Counted from the first letter of the stretch, positions 30,186 through 39,386 are shown. The stretch: DNA of 64,000 nt from Burkholderiales bacterium (GCA_050248795.1 JBFWRS010000011.1:14889-78888); one strand, 5' to 3'. Numbers and translations are program-made. The notes: generated by a model not told the origin, from the sequence alone.

Positions 30186-31402
30186 ATGATTCCAGCGGCC
30201 TTCAGTGCCGCGACATCGGCATCGCTCCTGCCGAGCAGGCCCTTGAGGACTTCGTCGTTATGCTGGCCCAGCAGCGGCGGAGGCAGCCGGTACTCGACCG
30301 GCGTCGCAGACAGCCGCATCGGACTCGCCACCAGCGCAGCGGTGCCCAGCGGGTGCGGCATGTCGACGCGCAGCTTCCTGTGCTGCACCTGGGGTTCGTC
30401 GAACACCTCCTTGATATTGTTGATCGGGCCGCAGGGCACCTTGGCCGCTTCCAGCAGGTCTATCCACTCGCGCTTCGTGCGCGTGCGCATGATGTCGGCG
30501 ACGAGCGGGATCAGCGCCTTGCGGTTGACGATGCGCAGCGAATTGGTGCGAAAGCGCTCGTCCTGCGCCAGCTCCGGCCTGCCGGCCGCGGCGCAGAAGC
30601 TGTCGAACTGACGGTCGTTGCCCACCGCGAGGATGATGTGGCTGTCCGCGGTGGCGAAGGCTTCGTAGGGCACCACCTGTGGATGCGAGTTGCCCCAGCG
30701 TCCCGGAATCTCGCCGGAGCAGAACCAGCTCACGATCTGGTTGGCGTTGAAGGCTACCAGCGTGTCGAGCAGCGCGCAGTCTATGTACTGGCCTTCGCCG
30801 GTGCGATCGCGATGCGAGATGGCAGCCGTGATCGCCAGGCTGGCGTACATGCCGGTCATGATGTCGGTCACCGCGATGCCCACCCGCATCGGCCCGGCGC
30901 CGGGCTCGCCTTCCCGGGCGCCTGTGATCGACATCAGGCCTGCCATGCCCTGGAAGATGAAGTCGTAGCCGGGGCGCGGCGCCATCGGGCCATCCTGGCC
31001 GAAGCCGGTGACCGAGCAGTAGACCAGGCCCTTGTTCAGCTGGCGCAGGTCCTCCCAGCCGAGGCCGTAGCGCTTCAGCGTGCCGACCTTGTAGTTCTCG
31101 ATCACCACGTCGCTCCTGGCGGCGATATCGCGCGCGATCGCCTGGCCCTCGGCACTTGCGATGTCCAGCGTGATCGACTTCTTGTTGCGGTTGACCGACA
31201 TGTAGTACGCGGCCTCGGCGGTGTCGGCGCCGCCAGCGTCCTTGAGGAACGGCGGTCCCCAGCCTCGCGTATCGTCGCCCTTGCCGGGACGCTCCACCTT
31301 GATCACCTCGGCGCCGAGATCGGCGAGGTTCTGCGCCGCCCAGGGCCCGGCGAGGACGCGGGACAGGTCGAGCACGCGGATATGGGACAGCGGACCTGCC
31401 AT
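30182..31402 (-). CDS. CoA-transferase family III (CaiB/BaiF)
   Basis: 406 aa: IRVLDLSRVLAGPWAAQNLADLGAEVIKVERP..GDDTR. Confidence 0.9.
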   Translation of the reverse strand: MAGPLSHIRVLDLSRVLAGPWAAQNLADLGAEVIKVERPGKGDDTRGWGPPFLKDAGGADTAEAAYYMSVNRNKKSITLDIASAEGQAIARDIAARSDVVIENYKVGTLKRYGLGWEDLRQLNKGLVYCSVTGFGQDGPMAPRPGYDFIFQGMAGLMSITGAREGEPGAGPMRVGIAVTDIMTGMYASLAITAAISHRDRTGEGQYIDCALLDTLVAFNANQIVSWFCSGEIPGRWGNSHPQVVPYEAFATADSHIILAVGNDRQFDSFCAAAGRPELAQDERFRTNSLRIVNRKALIPLVADIMRTRTKREWIDLLEAAKVPCGPINNIKEVFDEPQVQHRKLRVDMPHPLGTAALVASPMRLSATPVEYRLPPPLLGQHNDEVLKGLLGRSDADVAALKAAGII

Positions 31403-31404
31403 GG

Positions 31405-33150
31405 CTACTCCTGGAGTGCGAAGGATCTGATGAACTGCGCGGCTGCCTGCCGGTCGATCGGCGTCTCTGCCAGCAGCGACTCGGCAAGCCGGCCCTCAAC
31501 CTCGCCGCGGGCCGGCCGCAGCGGATCGCGCGCACGCAGCTTGTGGTCGTGCAGCAGCGCCGCGAGCACCAGGCGCCTGGCGTCGCCATGCGCACCCAGG
31601 CGCTCGCCTTCGGAGGCGAGGATCGCGGTGGCGCAGGCGTAGTAGAGCGCGCTCGCCGCCTGGCGCGCATGGGCGTCGTCGCCCGCCGCGGCGACCTCGC
31701 GCGCGAACGCGGCCGCGCGCGCGACCGACTTGCGCAGCGCGCCCGCGGGTGCCATTTCCTCCAGCCGCGGCTGCAGCGCATCGAGCGCGTGCTCGCGGCG
31801 GATCGCGCGCATCGCGTCCAGCGCGACGATGTTCGAGGTGCCTTCCCAGATCGAGCCCAGGTGCGCGTCGCGCAGCAACCGGGCATCGGACCATTCCTCG
31901 ATGTAGCCGATGCCGCCCCGCACCTCCATCGCGTCGCCGGTGGCGCGGCGCGCATCGCGGCAGGCGCGGAACTTCAGCAGCGGCGTCAGCAGGCGCACGC
32001 AGCGCCGCGATTCCTCGTCCCCGGCATCCGCGCGCGCAAGTTCAAGCGCCGTGTGCAGCATCACCGAGCGCGCGGCCTCGGCAGCCAGCATGATCTTCAG
32101 CAGCTGGCGCCGCATCAGCGGCAGCTCAACGAGTTGCCGGCCGAACGCCGCACGCCTGCGCGCAACGAACAGCGCCTCGGTCAGTGCGCGCCGCATCATG
32201 CCGGCTGCACGCATGCCATTGGACAGGCGGGAGGTATTGATCATGTCCGCCATCTGCACGAAGCCGCGCTGCGGATCGCCGACCAGCCATGCCCGCGCGC
32301 CCTCGAGGCGGATTTCGCCGCTCGCCATGCCGCGCGTGCCAAGCTTGTTCTTCAGGCGCACGATGCGGTAGCTGTTCTGGCTGCCATCGGGCAGCAGGCG
32401 CGGCAGGAGGAACAGCGACAGCCCCTTGGTGCCTGCGGGAGCACCCTGCGGACGTGCCAGCACCAGCGCGACGCCAGCGTCCGCGTTCGAGCAGAACCAC
32501 TTGTCGCCGCTCAAACGCCAGCACTCGCCGTCTGGTACGGCGACCGTCGCGGTGGCGCCGACGTCAGATCCCGCGCCCTGCTCGGTCATGAACATGGCGC
32601 CCTGCGTCAGGGTGTCCATGTCCTGGGCGGTAAGGCCCGGAAGGTAGCGTGCGACCAGCGCGGCATCGCCGAACTTCGACAAGGTGCGCGCGGTGGCGTC
32701 GGTCATGGACAGCGGGCAGCAAACGCCGAACTCGGCCTGCACGTACAGGTAGGTCAGCGCGTACTTGGCGAGCGGCGGCAGCGGTTCCGGCCAATCCAGG
32801 ACTCCGGCACGGTGCGACATCGCGGCAAGTCCATACTCCGCGAAGGCGACTTCCTCGAGCCGCCGGTAGGAGGGGTGCTTGTCGATGCGCTGGCGGTCCT
32901 CGCCAGTGCGCTCGCGGTGGTGCAGCACAGGCGGGTTGCGGTCGGCGAGGGCCGCGTGCGCATCGAGTTCGCCACCCGCAAGCGCGCCGAGGCGATCCAG
33001 GTGCGGCGCGAGGTGCGCAAACAACCCGGGGCCCAGGTAGAGGGCCAGCAGGCCCGCGCAACCCGGGTCGGCGCGGTAGAGGTTCTGCCCGCGGCTGTCG
33101 GCGATGACGCCGGTGGCCGCCGCCTCGTGCGGTTTCACGCCGGATCCCAC
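31405..33150 (-). CDS. Acyl-CoA dehydrogenase, AidB-like long form
   Basis: 581 aa (GTG start). Contains MTEQGAGSDV, the ACAD middle and C-terminal domains, and an AidB-type C-terminal extension. Confidence 0.85.
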   Translation of the reverse strand: MGSGVKPHEAAATGVIADSRGQNLYRADPGCAGLLALYLGPGLFAHLAPHLDRLGALAGGELDAHAALADRNPPVLHHRERTGEDRQRIDKHPSYRRLEEVAFAEYGLAAMSHRAGVLDWPEPLPPLAKYALTYLYVQAEFGVCCPLSMTDATARTLSKFGDAALVARYLPGLTAQDMDTLTQGAMFMTEQGAGSDVGATATVAVPDGECWRLSGDKWFCSNADAGVALVLARPQGAPAGTKGLSLFLLPRLLPDGSQNSYRIVRLKNKLGTRGMASGEIRLEGARAWLVGDPQRGFVQMADMINTSRLSNGMRAAGMMRRALTEALFVARRRAAFGRQLVELPLMRRQLLKIMLAAEAARSVMLHTALELARADAGDEESRRCVRLLTPLLKFRACRDARRATGDAMEVRGGIGYIEEWSDARLLRDAHLGSIWEGTSNIVALDAMRAIRREHALDALQPRLEEMAPAGALRKSVARAAAFAREVAAAGDDAHARQAASALYYACATAILASEGERLGAHGDARRLVLAALLHDHKLRARDPLRPARGEVEGRLAESLLAETPIDRQAAAQFIRSFALQE

Positions 33151-34040
33151 GAGAACACGTCCTGCGACCTGTCGAGCGGGTAGAAATGCGCACGCAGCGA
33201 GGGGATCGCATGTTCGGCGATGGTCTGCGGCGTCCAGCCCTCCGAGCGGTGCACCGAGCGCAGCGGCCGGCTCTGGCCCATGAGGAAGATCTCGTTCGCC
33301 CGCACGGCGAAGATCTGCCCGGTGACCTCGCTGGCGGCGTCACTGGCGAGGTAGACCGCCAGCGGCGCGATCTTCGCCGTCTGCATCGACTTCAGCTTCT
33401 CGACCCGTGCCTGCTGGTCCGGTGTTTCCGCCGGGATGGTGCCGATCATGCGGCTCCACGCGAATGGCGAGATGCAGTTCGACCGCACCTTGTACCTGGC
33501 CATGTCGAGCGCGATGGACTTCGACAGGCCGGTGATGCCGAGCTTTGCCGCGGCATAGTTGGCCTGCCCAAGGTTGCCGACCAGGCCGGAGGTGGAGGTC
33601 ATGTTGACGTAGCTGCCGGACTGCTGGCTCTTGAAGTAGGGCGCAGCCGCGCGGGCGACGTAGAACGAGCCGTTCAGGTGCACGTCGATGACCGCCTTCC
33701 ATTCCTCGACGGACATGTTGAAGAAGAAGCGGTCGCGCAGGATGCCAGCGTTGTTGACCACGCAGTCGATGCGGCCGTAGGCGTCGATCGCCGCCTTGAC
33801 GATGCGGTTCGCCGACTCCCATTCCGCGACGCTGTCCGCGTTAGCGACTGCCTTGCCGCCGGCAGCCACGATCTCATCCACCACCTTCTGCGCGGGGCCT
33901 GCGTTGCGCCCTTCGCCCGAAACCGAGGTGCCGATGTCGTTGACGACCACGCTCGCGCCCTGTTCCGCCATCGCGAGCGCGAAATCGCGGCCGATGCCGC
34001 CGCCCGCACCCGTGACGACGACGACCTTGCCACCGAGCAT
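33135..34040 (-). CDS. Short-chain dehydrogenase/reductase (MFE-2-like 3-hydroxyacyl-CoA dehydrogenase type)
   Basis: 301 aa from the internal ATG 34040: GKVVVVTGAGGGIGR..NNAGILRD..YAAAK. Track ORF 33135..34769 over-extends it through the aldolase gene in another frame. Confidence 0.88.
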   Translation of the reverse strand: MLGGKVVVVTGAGGGIGRDFALAMAEQGASVVVNDIGTSVSGEGRNAGPAQKVVDEIVAAGGKAVANADSVAEWESANRIVKAAIDAYGRIDCVVNNAGILRDRFFFNMSVEEWKAVIDVHLNGSFYVARAAAPYFKSQQSGSYVNMTSTSGLVGNLGQANYAAAKLGITGLSKSIALDMARYKVRSNCISPFAWSRMIGTIPAETPDQQARVEKLKSMQTAKIAPLAVYLASDAASEVTGQIFAVRANEIFLMGQSRPLRSVHRSEGWTPQTIAEHAIPSLRAHFYPLDRSQDVFSWDPA

Positions 34041-34048
34041 GCCCACGG

Positions 34049-34828
34049 CTATTCCCGGAACGAAGGATCGCGGCGATCGAGCATGCGCAGCAGTGCCGGC
34101 CATTCGAGCTCGGTGATCTTGCGGCGCTGGCCGGGCATGTAGCGCTGGTTGGTGACGCCGATGACGTCCGCGCCCGGAACCAGCAGCTCGGTGTTGCAGG
34201 CCATCGCCTGCAACTGGGCCTGGCAGGCCCTCTCCAGCCAGTGCATGGTGACGAACGCCTCGCATACCGTGCCGCCGGCAGTGAGCAGGCCGTGGTTGCG
34301 CAGGACCATCGCCGCGCTCGCGCCGAGGTCGCGCACCAGTCGCTTCTGCTCGCCCAGGTCGACTGCCGGTCCTTCGTAGTCGTGGTAGGCGAGGCTGCCG
34401 AAGAACATCGCGTTCTGCGTCAGCGGCAGCAGGCCGCATTTCAGCGCCGACACCGCCATGCCGGCCGGGGAATGCGTGTGGATCACGCAACTTACGTCCG
34501 TGCGCGCGCGATGGATCGCGCTGTGGATGACGAAGCCGGCGAGGTTGACACCCAGGCCGGTGCCGGAGTCCTGCACCACCTTGCCGTCGAAGTCGATCTT
34601 GACGAGGCTGGACGCGGTGATCTCCTCGTAAGCGTAGCCATAGGGGTTGATGAGGAAATGGCCTTCCTCGCCGGGGACGCGCGCGGACACGTGGTTGTAG
34701 ATCAGGTCGTTCATGCCGAACAGCGCGATCAGCCGGTAGCAGGCCGCACAGTCGATGCGTGCCTGCCATTCTTCGGCGCTGACCTTGCCGCGCATGGACG
34801 GAATGCGGACTTGGGATAGGTCGCTCAT
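34049..34828 (-). CDS. Class II aldolase/adducin family protein
   Basis: 259 aa: ..VIHTHSPAGMAVS.. and HGLLTAGGTV. Class II aldolase metal-binding His context. Confidence 0.85.
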   Translation of the reverse strand: MSDLSQVRIPSMRGKVSAEEWQARIDCAACYRLIALFGMNDLIYNHVSARVPGEEGHFLINPYGYAYEEITASSLVKIDFDGKVVQDSGTGLGVNLAGFVIHSAIHRARTDVSCVIHTHSPAGMAVSALKCGLLPLTQNAMFFGSLAYHDYEGPAVDLGEQKRLVRDLGASAAMVLRNHGLLTAGGTVCEAFVTMHWLERACQAQLQAMACNTELLVPGADVIGVTNQRYMPGQRRKITELEWPALLRMLDRRDPSFRE

Positions 34829-34909
34829 CGGGGCTCCTCGTCGGTTGGCGGATTATTGCAGATAGAATCCTCGACCCATGGGGGAGCTAGCCGAAATCGA
34901 CGAGTTGCG

Positions 34910-35665
34910 ATGCCCCGGACGGCGCCGGCATCCCGGGGGAGCGGGCAGGTGAGCATCGAGACCAGCCCCCGCACGCTGAGCTTCCTTGGCCTGCGCGGCA
35001 TCAGGCTGTTCGAGGGCCTGGACGCTTTCAGCCTCGAGGAGATCGCGCGCCGATGCAGCTGGCGCCGCTACAAGCGCAACGACCGCGTCATTTCGCGCCT
35101 GGGCACGGACCGCGACGTGTACCTCGTCATTTCAGGCATGGTGCGGGTCGCGGCGCGCTCTCCCCACGGCCGCGGCATCATCTTCCGTGACATCGCGGCC
35201 GGCGAGCTGTTCGGCGAGCTTTCCGCGCTGGACCAGCGCGAGCGCTCAGCGGATGTGCTCGCGGTGAGCGACGCGCTGCTGGCGTCGATGTCGCCGGAGG
35301 CGTTCCACGACCTGCTCGCACAGTACCCGAGCGTGCGCCAGCGCCTGTTCCGCAACCTGTCGGCATCGGTGCGCGACCTGACGGATCGCCTGGTCGAAAT
35401 CAGCACGCTGGACGTCGAGCGGCGGATCACCATGGAGTTGCTGCGCCTGGCGCGGCAGGCGGGCGTGTCGGGCAACACGGCGAGGATCCAGCCGATGCCC
35501 CGGCACAAGGAGGTCGCCAGCCGCGTCGGCACTTCGCGCGAGCAGGTCACGCGCACGCTTTCATCGCTGAAGCGGCGCCGCCTGGTCGCGCGCGAGGGAC
35601 GCGCGCTTGTCGTGCGCGATGTCGATGCCCTGGAAGCGATGCTCGTGGAGCGCCCGCACGCCTGA
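34910..35665 (+). CDS. Crp/Fnr-family transcriptional regulator (cNMP-binding domain plus HTH)
   Basis: cNMP-binding region FGELSALDQRERSADVLA. C-terminal HTH HKEVASRVGTSREQVTRTLSSL. Start uncertain: ATG 34910 or TTG 34856. Confidence 0.82.
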   Translation: MPRTAPASRGSGQVSIETSPRTLSFLGLRGIRLFEGLDAFSLEEIARRCSWRRYKRNDRVISRLGTDRDVYLVISGMVRVAARSPHGRGIIFRDIAAGELFGELSALDQRERSADVLAVSDALLASMSPEAFHDLLAQYPSVRQRLFRNLSASVRDLTDRLVEISTLDVERRITMELLRLARQAGVSGNTARIQPMPRHKEVASRVGTSREQVTRTLSSLKRRRLVAREGRALVVRDVDALEAMLVERPHA

Positions 35666-35716
35666 TTGGCGGCAGGAAGCGGGTCGGCAGTAGAATCCCC
35701 CGCCAGGGGGAAGCAT

Positions 35717-37489
35717 ATGGGAGCAGCCGGCGATCGTCCCGCTGATGCGCTCAGGCGCAGCCGGCGGGCGATTCTCGTCGCCGACCTCGTCGGATCGGTT
35801 TCGATGATGGAGGCCGACGAGGAGGGTGCGGTCGCGCGCTGGCTCGCGTTCATGGGCACGATCGTCGACGGCCTGCTGCCTGCGCACGGCGGCCATCTGG
35901 TCAAGAGCCTGGGCGATGGATTCCTCGCTGACTTTCCCGATGCATCCCGCGCTGTCGCCTGCGCGTTCGCGATGCATCGCGAGTTGTCGGCAGCGGATGC
36001 GGTACCCGGCATGCGCATCCGGGTCGGCATCCACGTCGCCGACGTCTATGTCGAGCATTACGACGTCTTCGGCGACGGCGTCAACGTCGCGGCGCGGCTC
36101 GCGGAACTCGCCGGCGCCAGCGGCGGCACCATCGTGTCAGCCGAGGCACGCGACCAGATCACCAGCGGGCTGGACGCTTCGATAGAAGACCTCGGCGAGC
36201 AGCGGCTGCGCAACCGCCAGCGCGCCGTGCGCGCGTTCCGGGTCTGGCCCGCAGGCGGCGACGCCATCGCACCGGTATCGCTCGAGCGCACGCATGGCCG
36301 GCCCTCGATCGCCGTGGTGCCGTTTCGCGTGCTGTCGCACGACCCGGGCCACGAGTTCCTCGGCGACGGGCTCGCCGAGGAGACAATCGCCGCGCTTTCC
36401 CGCGTTGCCGACTTCTTTGTCGTGTCGCGGCTTTCGTCGATGGCGTTCCGCAACCGGCTGCCGGGACTGCGCAGCATCGGCGAGGTGCTGGGCGTGCGTT
36501 ACGTGGTATCCGGATGCCTGCGCACCGAGCCGGGCAGGGCGGTGCTGCTGGCCGAACTCGCCGATGCGAGCACGAACCGCGTGCTGTGGAGCGAACGGCT
36601 CAGCGGCAGCCTCGCCGACGTCTTCGCGATGCAGGCCGAGCTTGCGCACACCATGGCGCAACGAATCGCGCCCTTCGTGCGCGCGCTGGAACTGCGCCGT
36701 GCACGCGTCGCCAGCTGGGAGCAGCTGGATGCCTTCGGCCTGACGCTGCGCGGCATCGAACTGATGCACAAGGCCTCCAGGGACGACTTCCTGCTCGCGC
36801 GTGCTGCGCTGGAGGCGGCTGGCGAACGCGATCCGACATCGCCGGCGGCGCTCGCGTGGCTGGCAAAGTGGCACGTGATGGCCGTCATTACGGGCGTGTC
36901 CACCGACAGGGGCATTGACTCGGCGCGCGCGACCGAGCTTGCGGACCGCGCGCTGCAGCAGGATCCTCGCGATGCGCTCGCACTGTCGATCGCGGCCATG
37001 GTTTCGGCCTGGGTGGGGCACGACCTGGATGGGGCGGAAGCGCGCATTGCCGAAGCGCTCGATTCGAACCCGAACGAGTCGCTGGCGTGGACCTGGCACG
37101 CGGCGACACTGGCATGGCGCGGCAAGGGCGAGCATGCGATGAGTGCAGCGGAGCGTGCGCTCTCGCTGTCGCCACTGGATCCGCTGCTGTACCTGTTCTA
37201 CTCGATAGCCAGCACCGCTCACCTCGTGGGCGAACGCCATGAGCGTGCGGTCGACCTGGCACGGATGTCCCTGCGCGAGAACCGCATGCACACGCCCTCG
37301 CTGCGCGCGCTCGCCGTCGGCCTGGTGCTGTCAGGCCGGATCGATGAAGCGCGCGCCACCGTGGAGACGTTGCGCGAACTGGAGCCTGCGCTGACGGCCG
37401 GCGGTTTCCGCAGCCGCTATCCCGGGCGTGACAGCGCGCACGCGGCACGGTTCGCCGACGCGCTGCTCGCGGCCGGACTTCCGGCCTGA
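35717..37489 (+). CDS. Class III adenylate/guanylate cyclase with TolB-N-like and TPR C-terminal region
   Basis: Cyclase core ILVADLVGSV..KSLGDGFLADF..RIRVGIHVADV..GDGVNVAARL. Then PSIAVVPFRVLS... and TPR-like repeats. ATG at 35717 with an AGGGGGA RBS. Confidence 0.82.
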   Translation: MGAAGDRPADALRRSRRAILVADLVGSVSMMEADEEGAVARWLAFMGTIVDGLLPAHGGHLVKSLGDGFLADFPDASRAVACAFAMHRELSAADAVPGMRIRVGIHVADVYVEHYDVFGDGVNVAARLAELAGASGGTIVSAEARDQITSGLDASIEDLGEQRLRNRQRAVRAFRVWPAGGDAIAPVSLERTHGRPSIAVVPFRVLSHDPGHEFLGDGLAEETIAALSRVADFFVVSRLSSMAFRNRLPGLRSIGEVLGVRYVVSGCLRTEPGRAVLLAELADASTNRVLWSERLSGSLADVFAMQAELAHTMAQRIAPFVRALELRRARVASWEQLDAFGLTLRGIELMHKASRDDFLLARAALEAAGERDPTSPAALAWLAKWHVMAVITGVSTDRGIDSARATELADRALQQDPRDALALSIAAMVSAWVGHDLDGAEARIAEALDSNPNESLAWTWHAATLAWRGKGEHAMSAAERALSLSPLDPLLYLFYSIASTAHLVGERHERAVDLARMSLRENRMHTPSLRALAVGLVLSGRIDEARATVETLRELEPALTAGGFRSRYPGRDSAHAARFADALLAAGLPA

Positions 37490-38391
37490 GCCGGCATCAC
37501 GCGCCTGCCGCCAGCCGCGATCGCCACGCCGAGCGCGATCATCGCGATGCCGGCGATTTCGGCTGCAGTCGGCAGTTCGGCGAGCAGGCCGGCACCGAGT
37601 GCGGTGCTGAGCGCCGGCACCAGCGCGATCAGCGCGCTCGCGCGTTCGCTGCCGAGCCTGCGGATGCCGTGATTGAACGCCAGCATGGCGACGAACCCGA
37701 TCAGTACTCCCTGCCACAGCACCTGGAACACGAGGTCCCGCGCAGGCACGTGCGCAAAGGGCGCGTCCACGGTGGCGAAGTACCATGGCAACACGATCAG
37801 CGCGGAATAGATCGACACGATTGCCGCGCCATCGAACGCAGTGGTACCCGAGGCGCGCAACCGCAGCACGTAGAGCGCACCCAGCGCCGACGCGGCGAGG
37901 AACATGGCGTCGCCGAGCAGCACGCTCGCGCTTGCCTGCGGTGCGCTGTGGACGGTCAACGCAAGCACGCCGGCAGCGATCAGCGCGGCGCCGGCCATGG
38001 CGGCGCTGGACGGACGGTGCGAGAAGAACAGGTACCCCAGCACCGCGACCCACGCGCAGGCGACACCCGGTCCGAGCGCCGCGGCATGGCTGGCGGGGGC
38101 GTACTGCAGCCCGAAGATCACCAGCGCTGCCATGCCGACACCGTGAAACAGGGTCAGCGCAATGCCTTCGCGCCAGGTACGCGCCGGGATGTCGCGCAGG
38201 CGCAGCAGCACGAAGGGCAGGAACAGCAGCGCGCCGATGCCGAATCGCAGCATCACCAGGTCCTCGGGTGCGAACGCCGCGGTGACCGCGGCACGCGTCG
38301 CCACCGGATAGGACGCCCAGATCAGTACCGTCAGCCCTGCTGCCAGGTAGCCGGTGAGTACTCCGGCGGGCGACCCGCGCACGACAGGCAT
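37417..38391 (-). CDS. DMT-superfamily (EamA-like) transporter
   Basis: About 10 predicted TM segments and duplicated EamA halves. Starts at the internal ATG 38391 (MPVVRGSPAGVLTGYLAAGLTVLIWAS). Its 3' end overlaps the convergent cyclase gene by 73 nt. Confidence 0.8.
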   Translation of the reverse strand: MPVVRGSPAGVLTGYLAAGLTVLIWASYPVATRAAVTAAFAPEDLVMLRFGIGALLFLPFVLLRLRDIPARTWREGIALTLFHGVGMAALVIFGLQYAPASHAAALGPGVACAWVAVLGYLFFSHRPSSAAMAGAALIAAGVLALTVHSAPQASASVLLGDAMFLAASALGALYVLRLRASGTTAFDGAAIVSIYSALIVLPWYFATVDAPFAHVPARDLVFQVLWQGVLIGFVAMLAFNHGIRRLGSERASALIALVPALSTALGAGLLAELPTAAEIAGIAMIALGVAIAAGGRRVMPAQAGSPAASSASANRAACALSRPG

Positions 38392-38395
38392 TCCG

Positions 38396-39181
38396 CTACT
38401 TCGCCGTCGCAGCGAACGGGCACGAAGCCTTTCGCCGCTTTCTCGTCGCGGCAGCGTAGGCTGCGATCGGACGCGCCGGATCCTTGTTGGGCTTGACGAC
38501 CGTTTCCTCGTAGCGCGACCACACGTGCGCGTTGAAGCGCGACGGGTCGTCCACCAGGTGGCACGCGGAGGCCTGCTCGTTGGCATACACGCTGCGATGC
38601 AGCGGCTGCACCTGCAGCAGCGGGATCTCGGTGCCGATATGGATCGGCACGTCGGTCTTGACCAACCGCAGGTTGGTGAACAGCGGCCCGAACCAACGGT
38701 CCGTCTCGACGATGCCCTCGTAGGACTCGTAGCCGAGGCTGCGAGGCAGGTTGGCTGGCGGTCGCACCAGCATGCTCCAGTCCTCGGCGCTTTCGACGAA
38801 CAGCCCCGACCAGACCTGGATCAGGCCGGGCTCGGCGCCGACGGCGAGGAACGGCGGCGCATAACCGCGCAGGCGTGCCGGTGCCACGCGATCGAACTCC
38901 CGCCCGAAACCCGGAAACTGCGCCGAGGCGTGCAGCGGGTACCACGCATCAGCGCCCTGATAGGTCCAGATGACGTCGGCGCCGTCCCACTGCAGCGTGA
39001 AATCGATAGGAGCAAACACATACCAGCCGAACGAAGATGCGGACCGGAGCGCCTCGCAGTACTGGAAGCCTCGCGTCGGCAGCGTGCCCAGCGCGGCGGG
39101 GTCCGCGCGCATCGGCGCGCGGGCGCTCGAAATGGCACGATAGAACGTGACGATGGCGTGGCCATCGGCGTCGAGAATCAT
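38396..39181 (-). CDS. Uncharacterised protein; resembles the DUF6065 family (assignment from memory)
   Basis: 261 aa with coding-like composition and no signal peptide. Contains the block TRGFQYCEALRSASSFGWYVFAPIDF. It ends 4 nt before the DMT transporter start. Confidence 0.6.
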   Translation of the reverse strand: MILDADGHAIVTFYRAISSARAPMRADPAALGTLPTRGFQYCEALRSASSFGWYVFAPIDFTLQWDGADVIWTYQGADAWYPLHASAQFPGFGREFDRVAPARLRGYAPPFLAVGAEPGLIQVWSGLFVESAEDWSMLVRPPANLPRSLGYESYEGIVETDRWFGPLFTNLRLVKTDVPIHIGTEIPLLQVQPLHRSVYANEQASACHLVDDPSRFNAHVWSRYEETVVKPNKDPARPIAAYAAATRKRRKASCPFAATAK

Positions 39182-39245
39182 CTGCGTCTCCGCTAGCGAA
39201 CAGGCGCAGCCGCGCGTCGGTCAACGCGCGGCCGCTCCCGGTGCG

Positions 39246-39386
39246 TCAGCCTGCCTTGTGCGACTTCGCGGGAATGCGCGCAAGCGCGGCAGGCGCCATG
39301 CCGCCGCCGTAGCGAACCTTGCGGGCATCGGCGATCTGCTGCGGGATCTGGCGGACGAGGACTTGCTTGCTCTGCTTCTTTGCCAT
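39246..39386 (-). CDS. Small basic protein (46 aa), unannotated in the ORF track
   Basis: MAKKQSKQVLVRQIPQQIADARKVRYGGGMAPAALARIPAKSHKAG. A consensus AGGAGA RBS lies 6 nt upstream of the ATG. GC3-rich codon usage. It sits 64 nt upstream of the DUF6065-like gene on the same strand. Confidence 0.5.
   Translation of the reverse strand: MAKKQSKQVLVRQIPQQIADARKVRYGGGMAPAALARIPAKSHKAG

Noticed and set aside
37417-37489. 73-nt convergent overlap between the cyclase and DMT transporter genes, considered as an antisense regulatory arrangement
   Set aside because: Both C-terminal tails are low-complexity, and either stop could be reached by chance in GC-rich sequence. There is no independent evidence of function.
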